Source: an uncultured Dehalococcoidia bacterium (lineage in GTDB: Bacteria > Chloroflexota > Dehalococcoidia > Lucifugimonadales > G958296245). From it: DNA of 64,000 nt. The notes under the pieces are model-generated. The model had not been told where the DNA came from. It did not search any database and was given only the letters and a program-made list of their open reading frames with translations. The position numbers were made by a program, and so were the translations under genes. This document shows positions 16,799 to 25,335 of this stretch, piece by piece. The stretch is from contig OY282458.1 of NCBI GenBank assembly GCA_958296245.1, forward strand, positions 1,260,777 to 1,324,776, read 5' to 3'. The number at the start of each line of letters is the position of its first letter. The stretch's first letter is position 1.

Positions 16799-17167
16799 TC
16801 AGGTCTCCACGACCTTGCCGGTGTCGAGGCGCGCCGCGTGGGTCGTCAGAGTCTTGGCGTCGTTCTTCCGTGCCACTTCGTGGCACGCGCGGACGCCTGC
16901 AGGCCCTAGGCGCAACACCGTCCCAAGGGCGACGTATGCGATGTCAACCGCCTCGAGAACGGCGTTCTCCATCTCGCCCCGGTTGACCGCCCGGGCGTGT
17001 TCCCCCGTCTCCTCTGCCAGCAGCGCCAAGCGCCCCCTCAGAGCGCCGAACACGGCGTCCGGATTCGAAGCGTCCACGCACCCTATCCCGAACCTGTCGT
17101 GAAACGAATATACGCTCTCGCTGATGGCGGTGATCCCCTCGATGAAGCTCTCGCGGTCGCCTGTCAT
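16799..17167 (-). CDS. MazG-like nucleotide pyrophosphohydrolase domain protein
   Basis: 122 aa. LALLAEETGEHARAV..ENAVLEAVDIAYVALG fits the EExxE...E..D MazG helix pattern. Confidence 0.55.
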   Translation of the reverse strand: MTGDRESFIEGITAISESVYSFHDRFGIGCVDASNPDAVFGALRGRLALLAEETGEHARAVNRGEMENAVLEAVDIAYVALGTVLRLGPAGVRACHEVARKNDAKTLTTHAARLDTGKVVET

Positions 17168-17206
17168 TTCGCCTCCTGGTGTACTTTTCCCGTCCGTGCC
17201 CAGCCC

Positions 17207-18172
17207 TCACTTTACCGCCCGAGGCGGCGGAGCCGGGCCCTCCGCGTGCAACAGCATTCCTCTTTCGACGTTGCTCCTCAGCCGTCCGTACTCGGAACTG
17301 AGTTCGGCTCCCAGAATCAGAATGAAGCTGCTGACGTACGCCCAGAGCAGAAGCGCTACCACCGGAGACAAGGAGCCGTAAACGTTCTCGAAGTTGGAGA
17401 AGCGGTTTACGTATATCAGGAACAGGTTCTTCAACACCTCTAACAATACCGCCCCCACGACGGCCCCGGGCCATATGTACCGCCAGTGCGTCTTCGTGTT
17501 GGGCAGGAACTTGTACACCACCAATAAGATCATCAGCGTCAGCACGAAGGACACTGCCTGGAGGAAGACCCTCCCAGAGGCCCCGGACGCCATGCTTGAC
17601 ATTGCCGTTTGGGTCTCCTCGGTAAGACCTGCTATACGTAGCAGGGCGGATGCCCCCACCGACATTACGAACACCACCCCAACCCCGAACGCCATCAATA
17701 TCTGCCTGGGCTTCCCAACATAGACCGGCCGGTCCTTATGCACGTCCCACGCGCGGTTCACGGCGCGGGAGATGGCGCCGAATACGGCGCTGGCTGACCA
17801 GAGCAACCCGATTATCGAGAAGATGCCAATGGCCCCGCGAAGCCTGAACGCCAGGTCTACGTTCTGGGTGATGAGATCCCTTGAACCCGGCAGATACTGC
17901 GCGATGAACCCCATCAACTCCGTCCGCACTTCCTGCGACCCCACGAAGAAGCTCAATATCGAGGTGAGCCCCAGCATCAGCGGGAAGATCGAGAACAGGG
18001 CGTAGTACGCAACCCCTGCCGCCATGTGCGTGGCGTCGTCAGCCGATAGCTCTTGGATGGTGCGGACGGTGAGCCTCACCAGGAAGTACCGGCCCAGACG
18101 GTCCCGCACCGGTTCCAGGCGCTCCAAGGGGCCGTGCGCGTAAGCGCGGGCCCGGCGTAGGCCGGCGCCCAA
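17207..18172 (-). CDS. YihY/BrkB (ribonuclease BN-like) family membrane protein
   Basis: 321 aa. ..DDATHMAAGVAYYALFSIFP.. and ..YGSLSPVVALLLWAYVSSFILILGAEL.. are typical of the family. Confidence 0.8.
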   Translation of the reverse strand: MGAGLRRARAYAHGPLERLEPVRDRLGRYFLVRLTVRTIQELSADDATHMAAGVAYYALFSIFPLMLGLTSILSFFVGSQEVRTELMGFIAQYLPGSRDLITQNVDLAFRLRGAIGIFSIIGLLWSASAVFGAISRAVNRAWDVHKDRPVYVGKPRQILMAFGVGVVFVMSVGASALLRIAGLTEETQTAMSSMASGASGRVFLQAVSFVLTLMILLVVYKFLPNTKTHWRYIWPGAVVGAVLLEVLKNLFLIYVNRFSNFENVYGSLSPVVALLLWAYVSSFILILGAELSSEYGRLRSNVERGMLLHAEGPAPPPRAVK

Positions 18173-18305
18173 GAACGCCAGCCTGGATCGAGACGGTGGA
18201 GGGCCCTGTGCGTCTACGGGACGAGCTCCGGGTTGGAGTAGCGGCCCTTCGAGCCTAGCACACGCCCGCCCCGGGGCGCCACCACTCGACCCAGCCGGGA
18301 AGCCC

Positions 18306-19496
18306 TTACCTGCGCCTGACGGCTTCCTCCCATGCGGCCCTGAACCCGTCCAACGACCTCTCCAGGGTGCGGTCGTCTACGGAGTAGGCGACGCGGAAGT
18401 ACCCCGGCGTCCCGAAGCCCCGTCCGGGGACCACCAAGACCCTGTGCCTTCGCAACGCGTCCACGAATGCCGCGTCGTCCTCTATGGGAGCCTTTGGGAA
18501 CATGTAGAACGCCCCCTGCGGACGCACCACCGAGTAGCCTATCTCCGTCAGGCCGTTGTAGAGGAAGTCTCGTTGCGACTGGTAGTGCGCCGCGTCTACG
18601 GTCTCCGTCTGAAGGCGGCTGACCAGATGCTGCATCAGCGCCGGTGCGTTCACGAACCCGAGAGTCCGGTTGCAGAAGGTCAGGCCGTTCATCAACTCGG
18701 CCTGATCGGGGCAGCCCGGGTTGATGGCAACGTAGCCGATGCGCTCGCCCGCCAGCGACAGGTCCTTTGAATGCGAGGTTGCAACGATGCTGTTGGGGTG
18801 ATGATGAAACACGTGCGGGTACTCGGCGCCGTCGAACAGTATCTTCCTGTACGGCTCGTCGCTGACGAGGAATATCTCCGTGCCGTACTCTTCTTGCTTC
18901 AGCCGTATCACCTCGGCAAGCTCGCCCACCGCCTCAGCGTCATAGACGGCCCCGGTGGGGTTGTTGGGGGAGTTTATGAGCACCACGCGGGACGCAGGCC
19001 CGATTGCCGCCTCCAGCCCCTCGGCGTCGGGGTAGAAGCGTTCGTCAGTGGCGACTACCTTGCAGACGCCGCCGTGGTTGTCGGCATAATATACATACTC
19101 GACGAAGTACGGCGCGAAGATGATGACCTCGTCGCCGGGGTCGAGTAGGGTCTTGAGGATCACGTTCAACGCCCCGCCCGCCCCGCAGGTCATCAGTACG
19201 TGGTCCGACGTAAAGGGGAGACCCGTCTCCTCGGCGAGCGGGGCCGCGACCGCGGCGCGAGTCTCGACGTAGCCTGCGTTCGGCATGTACCGGTGCGCAC
19301 CCGACGCGGGATTCTCCGCAACCTTCTTGAGCTCCTCGAAGAACCTGCGAGGCGGCTCTACCACGGGGTTGCCCAACGACAGGTCGGAGACGTTCTCCTC
19401 CCCGTACTGCTGCTTGAGGGCGATACCCTCCTCGAACATCCTGCGAATCCAGGAGCCCTGCTGCATGAAGCCTTTGATCTTCTTCGAAACGGCCAT
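18306..19496 (-). CDS. Pyridoxal-phosphate-dependent aminotransferase (class I/II, aspartate aminotransferase-like)
   Basis: 396 aa. ..NSPNNPTGAVY.. and ..SHSKDLSLAGERIGY.. (PLP lysine). Confidence 0.85.
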   Translation of the reverse strand: MAVSKKIKGFMQQGSWIRRMFEEGIALKQQYGEENVSDLSLGNPVVEPPRRFFEELKKVAENPASGAHRYMPNAGYVETRAAVAAPLAEETGLPFTSDHVLMTCGAGGALNVILKTLLDPGDEVIIFAPYFVEYVYYADNHGGVCKVVATDERFYPDAEGLEAAIGPASRVVLINSPNNPTGAVYDAEAVGELAEVIRLKQEEYGTEIFLVSDEPYRKILFDGAEYPHVFHHHPNSIVATSHSKDLSLAGERIGYVAINPGCPDQAELMNGLTFCNRTLGFVNAPALMQHLVSRLQTETVDAAHYQSQRDFLYNGLTEIGYSVVRPQGAFYMFPKAPIEDDAAFVDALRRHRVLVVPGRGFGTPGYFRVAYSVDDRTLERSLDGFRAAWEEAVRRR

Positions 19497-19540
19497 GGCG
19501 CCGACTCTAACGGGCCTGCCGGGCCTGTGTCAATCGCGGT

Positions 19541-19651
19541 TTCTCCCCTCAGGCAGGGGGGTCTGGGGGATGTGCCCCCAGTTACCAAGGGGCGGGTGGG
19601 TGGGAATCAAAAGACGTCTGCTTTACCGGGGCTGCGCCAGTCGAAAAGGAC
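19541..19651 (+). repeat. Copy A of a ~100-110-nt structured intergenic repeat (possible ncRNA/regulatory element)
   Basis: Aligns by hand to 44413-44514 at roughly 85-90% identity plus a 9-nt indel. Both copies can form two GC-rich hairpins (cccct..agggg, ggggg..ccccc). Confidence 0.6.
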
Positions 19652-19708
19652 CTCACGAAGTCTGAGCAATTATAGGTAGCGGAGGGGTGGTCTTCACCTC
19701 GAACCACT

Positions 19709-19717
19709 TGGTATACT
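19709..19717 (+). promoter_or_regulatory. Candidate extended -10 promoter (TGgTATACT) for the DUF1501-NHL-Gfo cluster
   Basis: tggtatact lies 84 nt upstream of ATG 19801. There is no good -35. Confidence 0.3.
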
Positions 19718-19800
19718 GTCCCGAACCTTAGGCCGAGTACCAAACGGGTTCTTAGGGTCAGCACGGCAAGAGCGTTAGAGCCGAAAGGAGTCTGCGTAAA

Positions 19801-20940
19801 ATGGCTACCAACACGAAGGCCCCGGTCCTAGTAGTCCTACAGTTGACCGGCGGTAACGACTACCTCAACACCGTCGTCCCATACACGGACCCCAACTACT
19901 TCGACAATAGGCCCACGCTGCACTTCACCGAAGATAAGGTGCTGAAGATCGACGACGAGATCGGACTCAATCCCCACCTGGCGCCCATGAAGGCGTTGTA
20001 CGATAGGGGGGACGTGGCGATCCTACACGGCGTCGGCTACGAGAACTCCACAAGATCCCACTTCCGCTCCATGGACATCTGGCACACCGCTGAGCCTGAA
20101 GTAATCGCCACCGAGGGCTGGCTCGGCAGGGTTACCCGCGAACTGGATCCCGGAGCCGAAAACCCCGTGACCACCGTCAATATCGGTCAGGGGCTCCCGA
20201 GGGCGCTCCTTGCGGACGGCGTCTCCGCTGCCTCCGTCTCAAGCCTATCCTCCTACGGCATGCTCACCGCCGTCGAGCAGAAACAGAAGCGCAGCCAAAT
20301 GCTGCAACGGTTCGCCAACATGTACGCCCCAGCCCTCGGCGCCGGCCCGGTTATGGACTATCTCGGTCAGACTGGCTTGGACGCCCTCAAGGGAGCTGAC
20401 ATGCTCAAGGTCGCTCCGCAGCGGTACGCGTCCAACGTGGAGTATGCCGACACCCCCATCGCCAATAAGCTGCGAGAGGCGGCTATGGTGCATACCGCCG
20501 ACCTCGGCGCCCGCGTCTTCTATACCGAGCACGGCGGCTTCGACACCCATGCCAGCCAGGCGACGACCCATCCCGTTCTCTGGAACGACGTTACCACCGC
20601 GGTCGCCGACTTCTGGGACGACCTCCGCGAGCACGACGCTGACGACAACGTCATCATGCTCATCTTCTCCGAGTTCGGACGCCGCGTCCGTGAGAACGGC
20701 ACGGGAACCGACCACGGCGCAGCCGGGGCGGCATTCGTCATCGGGCCCGGAGTCAAGGGTGGAATGTACGCGGAGTACCCCGAGACGAGGGCCGAGGCCC
20801 TGCGTGACGGAGACCTCGCCCCCTCCATGGACTTCCGGAGCGCCTACACCACGATCTTGGAGGACTGGTTCGGCTTGGACGCACCGCCCATTGTCAACGG
20901 ACATTTCGAGAAGCCGAAGTTCATAGCCAATGGAGGATAG
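19801..20940 (+). CDS. DUF1501 domain protein (sulfatase/alkaline-phosphatase-like fold)
   Basis: 379 aa. ..LQLTGGNDYLNTVVPY.., ..RSHFRSMDIWHTA.., ..GFDTHA.., ..FSEFGRR..NG.GTDHG... Confidence 0.85.
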   Translation: MATNTKAPVLVVLQLTGGNDYLNTVVPYTDPNYFDNRPTLHFTEDKVLKIDDEIGLNPHLAPMKALYDRGDVAILHGVGYENSTRSHFRSMDIWHTAEPEVIATEGWLGRVTRELDPGAENPVTTVNIGQGLPRALLADGVSAASVSSLSSYGMLTAVEQKQKRSQMLQRFANMYAPALGAGPVMDYLGQTGLDALKGADMLKVAPQRYASNVEYADTPIANKLREAAMVHTADLGARVFYTEHGGFDTHASQATTHPVLWNDVTTAVADFWDDLREHDADDNVIMLIFSEFGRRVRENGTGTDHGAAGAAFVIGPGVKGGMYAEYPETRAEALRDGDLAPSMDFRSAYTTILEDWFGLDAPPIVNGHFEKPKFIANGG

Positions 20941-20951
20941 GACCAGATCAA

Positions 20952-22022
20952 ATGCGAACGACGACAGCCGCCGGCAGGACTTGGCACTTCAGCCACGCGC
21001 TCGGCCGGGCAACGGCCGAACATAACGGCAAAACGGGCGGTACAGAGACCCCCGTCAGCATCACCCTAGCCCCAGACGACATAATTTTCATCCTGAGCCG
21101 GGGCTTCGGATACCCGCTGCCCGGGTACGGGAGAGACATCGGGTGCCGTATAGGCAAGACCACCCTCGACGAAAACCACCTCGGCGATTTCTCTAGAGGC
21201 GGCTTCACCTGGCCCGTTAGCATCGCCCGCGCAGCCGACGGCAACCTCTACGTCTCGGACGAGTACGAAAACGTCATCAAGGGATTCGGCCCCGACGGCA
21301 TACTGCCTCCCTTCGAATACGACCCCGAAGGAGAGCACTTCCGCATCTGGGGAGAGAAGGGCTCGGGCGAAGGCCAACTGGACGGTCCCAGCGGCTTGGA
21401 GTTCGACGACGACGACAACCTGTACGTCGTGGACAGCCGCAACGACCGCGTCCAGAAGTTCACCAAGGACGGCAAGTACCTGTCAGGATGGGGTGAAAGC
21501 GGCAGCGGCGAAGGCCAATTCAACCGCCCGTGGGGCATCACCGTAGACGCCGAAGGCAGCGTCTACGTCGCCGACTGGGGCAACGACCGCGTCCAGAAGT
21601 TCACCGCAGGCGGGGACTATCTGATGACCTTCGGCACGCCGCCGGAGCAGGGCGGAGGCCTGCGCAGGCCCGCAGACGTCGCCGTGGACAGCGACGGAGA
21701 TGTCTACGTCGCCGACTGGGGCGAATACCGCGTGCAGATCTATGAGCCGGACGGCCAGCACGTCTGCGCCCTGCACGGCGACATACAAAGCCCCTTGGAC
21801 TCCAAAGCCGGCGACTACGTGACCCATAGAGACCCGGAGACCGTCAAGGCATACGCCCGCGTTGACGACCTATCGCCGCTGGGGAAATTCGGCCGGCCGG
21901 TCGCCATAGAAGTCGACCACGAGGACCGCGTCATCATCGCCGAGAGCAAGCACAGGCTTCAGGTTTACGCCAAAGACCACGAGTACGCCGAACCGAAGCT
22001 CAGCCTCCGGCTCGTCCAGTAG
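20952..22022 (+). CDS. NHL-repeat beta-propeller protein
   Basis: Repeated units such as G.GEGQF.RPWGI.VD..G.VYVADW.NDRVQKF.. Confidence 0.8.
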   Translation: MRTTTAAGRTWHFSHALGRATAEHNGKTGGTETPVSITLAPDDIIFILSRGFGYPLPGYGRDIGCRIGKTTLDENHLGDFSRGGFTWPVSIARAADGNLYVSDEYENVIKGFGPDGILPPFEYDPEGEHFRIWGEKGSGEGQLDGPSGLEFDDDDNLYVVDSRNDRVQKFTKDGKYLSGWGESGSGEGQFNRPWGITVDAEGSVYVADWGNDRVQKFTAGGDYLMTFGTPPEQGGGLRRPADVAVDSDGDVYVADWGEYRVQIYEPDGQHVCALHGDIQSPLDSKAGDYVTHRDPETVKAYARVDDLSPLGKFGRPVAIEVDHEDRVIIAESKHRLQVYAKDHEYAEPKLSLRLVQ

Positions 22023-22103
22023 CGGCTTGGTCCATAGCTCCACTGGCGAGGAAGCCGGAGAGCGTTCCCGGCAGCCTGGCAGGCTGCCGTACAGGAGAAT
22101 GAA

Positions 22104-23249
22104 ATGACCGGGTACAGAGCGGCGGTTATCGGGTTGGGCCGGATGGGCAGCACCTTCGACGATGAGATCCAACGCGGCGGCTCTCTATTCCTGCCGTACT
22201 GCCACGCTCCTGCCTACGAAGCCTCCCCGCACACTGAATTGGTGGCCGGCGCCGACCCGCACGCCGAGCAGCGCGCCATCTTCGGTGAGCGCTGGGGCCT
22301 CTCCTCCGACCACCTGTACGCCGACCACAAGGAGATGCTGGAGAAAGAGGACATCGACGTAGTCAGCGTCACTACCACCGCCAAATTCCGAGCCCGAATA
22401 GTCCAGGACGCCGCATTGGCCGGCGTGAAGGCCATCTGGGCGGAAAAGCCCATCTCGTTCAGCCTCGAAGAGGCGGACGCCATGGTATCGACCTGTGCGG
22501 AGGCCGGCGCGGCGTTGGCGGTAAACTGCGCTCGCCGCTGGAACCCGTTCTACCATGAAGCCAGGCAGATGGTTGAGGGCGGCGAGCTTGGCGCCATCCT
22601 TCAGGTCACTGTATACGCGCAGTCCGGCATCTCGCACAACGGCAGTCACGCCATCGACATCATCCGCTACATGGCCGGCGACGGTAAGGTCGACTGGGTG
22701 TTCGCCGAGATGGAGTCCGACGAGGCCGCCGCGCGTGATGAAGACCTATCGGGAAACGGCTACCTCGCCTTTGCCAACGGGGCCCGGGGCTACTACAGGT
22801 CCACGGCGTCAGGGGCCGCCGGATGGGAGGTCGACGTGATCGGCGAAAGGGCCCGCGTCAGGGTACTGGACAGCGTGGGGCAGTGTCATCTCCTGAGGTT
22901 GGAGACTCCTTCGGAGAAAGCACCCTCAGGCACCCGCACGCTGTCGAGCCGGGCAAGGTCCCCGCTGCCCGCAGAGTACCCGTTCCCCTGGCCGGTCAGG
23001 ATGCAGGGCATGGGCCTAACCATAGTCGATGACCTGATCAATGCCATCGAGACCGGCCAACCCCCTCGCTGCTCAGGAGAAGACGGGCGCGATGCCCTCG
23101 AAGTGGCGGTCGCCATGCGCGAGTCACACCGCCGAGGCGGTGTTAGGGTCGACCTGCCGATTCAGGACCGCTCCCTGCAGATACGCTCCCTGGAAGCTAT
23201 CCGCGGCGACCTGCCCGCCCGCATCCGCCGGCAGATGGAGCAGGGCTGA
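22104..23249 (+). CDS. Gfo/Idh/MocA family oxidoreductase
   Basis: 381 aa. YRAAVIGLGRMGSTFDDE.. Paralog of 56998-58146. Confidence 0.85.
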   Translation: MTGYRAAVIGLGRMGSTFDDEIQRGGSLFLPYCHAPAYEASPHTELVAGADPHAEQRAIFGERWGLSSDHLYADHKEMLEKEDIDVVSVTTTAKFRARIVQDAALAGVKAIWAEKPISFSLEEADAMVSTCAEAGAALAVNCARRWNPFYHEARQMVEGGELGAILQVTVYAQSGISHNGSHAIDIIRYMAGDGKVDWVFAEMESDEAAARDEDLSGNGYLAFANGARGYYRSTASGAAGWEVDVIGERARVRVLDSVGQCHLLRLETPSEKAPSGTRTLSSRARSPLPAEYPFPWPVRMQGMGLTIVDDLINAIETGQPPRCSGEDGRDALEVAVAMRESHRRGGVRVDLPIQDRSLQIRSLEAIRGDLPARIRRQMEQG

Positions 23250-23297
23250 TCCCCCTGCCGCCCTCCTAAAGGGGCGTCTATAGCTCGCAGGCCAAGG

Positions 23298-23699
23298 TCA
23301 GATCTCTCTGGCCCAGGGAGTCTCCGCGAACCCGCAGAGCGCCCCACTCGGCGACATGAAGCGGCTCGTAGTCTGCCCCCAATCCTCCGTCCTAGGTCCC
23401 TGTAGCACCTCCCACCCTCTGCTCTCCAGGGCGTCGGAGGCCGCCTGCACCTTGTCGACCTCGAACTCGACCGTGAAGCCCAGCGGGATCTTGGACGCGG
23501 CCCCCTTGTCTCCCAGCGTTGCCTCCGCCGCCGCCTCACGGCTCCAGATGCCGAAGTGCACCGCCCCCGCAACCGCTGCCGTTGCATAGTCGGAGCCCTC
23601 GGTCCATTCCACCTGCAGGCCGAGGACGTCCCGGTAGAACGCCACCGCTGCCCCCACGTCGTCGACAATCTCTCCGATGCTGGCCACGTGTCTTATCAT
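23298..23699 (-). CDS. VOC (glyoxalase/bleomycin resistance/dioxygenase) family protein
   Basis: 133 aa with a typical VOC N-terminus, ..IGEIVDDVGAAVAFYRDVLGL... Confidence 0.7.
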   Translation of the reverse strand: MIRHVASIGEIVDDVGAAVAFYRDVLGLQVEWTEGSDYATAAVAGAVHFGIWSREAAAEATLGDKGAASKIPLGFTVEFEVDKVQAASDALESRGWEVLQGPRTEDWGQTTSRFMSPSGALCGFAETPWAREI

Positions 23700-23844
23700 G
23701 ACTGCTCCTTTCCCTCCTCATCTTACTGTAGGGAGACCACCACTCTGGGTGGTGACTGGGACTCACTAAGGCGCAAACGCTCGCTGTCAGGATGCGGAAG
23801 CACCCATTCACCCCATCGTTGAGAATAGCTCCTGCCTAACCTCT

Positions 23845-25158
23845 CTACTGTAGGGCGACTACCCTTCTCTGTGTGGTGACGAGCAGCGCGAAGACGGCCA
23901 GAGTCACGGTTGCGAGCATCGCGATGACGATGCGGGCGCTGAGCAGGTCGATCATGAGTCCCGCGGGCATGAGGACCAGCGGCGTCAGGCCCGCGTTCAG
24001 CGACATGAAGCTGATCACCCGTCCGCGAAATCGGTCGTCGACGTGCTCGATGAGGAGGGCCTGCTTCATGGCCATCGGGCCCGCGCTTCCCAGCCCTTTT
24101 AGCCCCAGAATGGCGATCCCTGCGACGTAGATCGGTATCAGCGCCACCAGCATCATGCAGAGGCCCGCGGCCAGGATGCCGAAGGCCAGGATCAGGCCGC
24201 GCCTCCAGCGTCCCAGGGATGCCACCACGAGGCCGCCGATCAATGCCCCCAGGCCCATCGCGCTCACCAGCAGCCCGTAGGACTCCGACTCCAGCTTGTA
24301 CACGTCCACGACCATCACCGGAAGCAGGTAGCTGAACGGGGACGTGAGCATGGATGTCACCGTCCCGACCGCAAGCAGGACCAGCAGCAGCCGGTTGCCG
24401 AGCACGTACGCCATGCCCGCCCTGATATCGTTGAAGACCTTCTCGCCCAGGCTGCGGTTAGGGTTGGGCCTGTCGCCGATGAAGTACGTCAGACAGACGG
24501 CGACGGCTCCCATCGCGGCGGTGATGTAGAAGACGCCGTCCGGGCCGATGTACGCGTACAGGAATCCGGCCGCTGCCGGCGCTGCCAACGACGTGGCGCT
24601 CATTCCGGCGGAGTTGAGCGCAATGGCGTTGCTAAGCTTCTCCTTGCCCACCAGCTCGGGGAGCAGCGCCTGACGCGCCGGCCAGGCGAACGACCATGAG
24701 ACGCCCTGCATCATCGAGGTGATTAGCAATGTCTGCCAGGAGACCAAGCCCGTCGTGATGGAGACGGCGATCAGCAGTGATACGGTCGTGGAGATGATCG
24801 GATAGAGGAAGATCAGCCGTTTGCGGTTGAATCGGTCAGCGACGGCGCCGCCAAATGGGGCCGTGGCCAGCAACGGCATGGATATCCCCGCCGCCACGAC
24901 GCCGAGCAGAGCAGCCTTGCCGGTGAGCTCGTAGACGAGCCAGCCCCGCGCGATTATCTCCATCTCCGAGCCGCCGATCATCAGCATGATGCTGATCCAC
25001 AGCAGCAGGTAGTCGCGGTGGCTGAGGGAAGCAAAGGTGCTGACGGGGGTCAGCCTGCGCGCCGACGGCCTTGATGCGGCGGAGGCCCCGTGCTGACGCG
25101 AGGGAGGCCCGTCATCGGAAGCGCGGTCGCCCGACGCGGCCTCTGCGTCTGGATTCAT
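23845..25158 (-). CDS. MFS transporter
   Basis: 437 aa, multiple TM segments, loop signature GGAVADRFNRKRL. Confidence 0.8.
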   Translation of the reverse strand: MNPDAEAASGDRASDDGPPSRQHGASAASRPSARRLTPVSTFASLSHRDYLLLWISIMLMIGGSEMEIIARGWLVYELTGKAALLGVVAAGISMPLLATAPFGGAVADRFNRKRLIFLYPIISTTVSLLIAVSITTGLVSWQTLLITSMMQGVSWSFAWPARQALLPELVGKEKLSNAIALNSAGMSATSLAAPAAAGFLYAYIGPDGVFYITAAMGAVAVCLTYFIGDRPNPNRSLGEKVFNDIRAGMAYVLGNRLLLVLLAVGTVTSMLTSPFSYLLPVMVVDVYKLESESYGLLVSAMGLGALIGGLVVASLGRWRRGLILAFGILAAGLCMMLVALIPIYVAGIAILGLKGLGSAGPMAMKQALLIEHVDDRFRGRVISFMSLNAGLTPLVLMPAGLMIDLLSARIVIAMLATVTLAVFALLVTTQRRVVALQ

Positions 25159-25335
25159 CGCAGCAGTCTATCCCTCTGCGCACCTTCCGCGCAAACCTAG
25201 GGAACTCTACGCAACCCCACCGCCGGCCACTCCCATTCTCGCAGGACGCCTACCGGCCAGGTACTCCCAAACACGCGCTGCCGCCCATCCCCTGATCCGG
25301 AAAATCCTGATTCAGACAACCTTCGCCAGTGGCGG

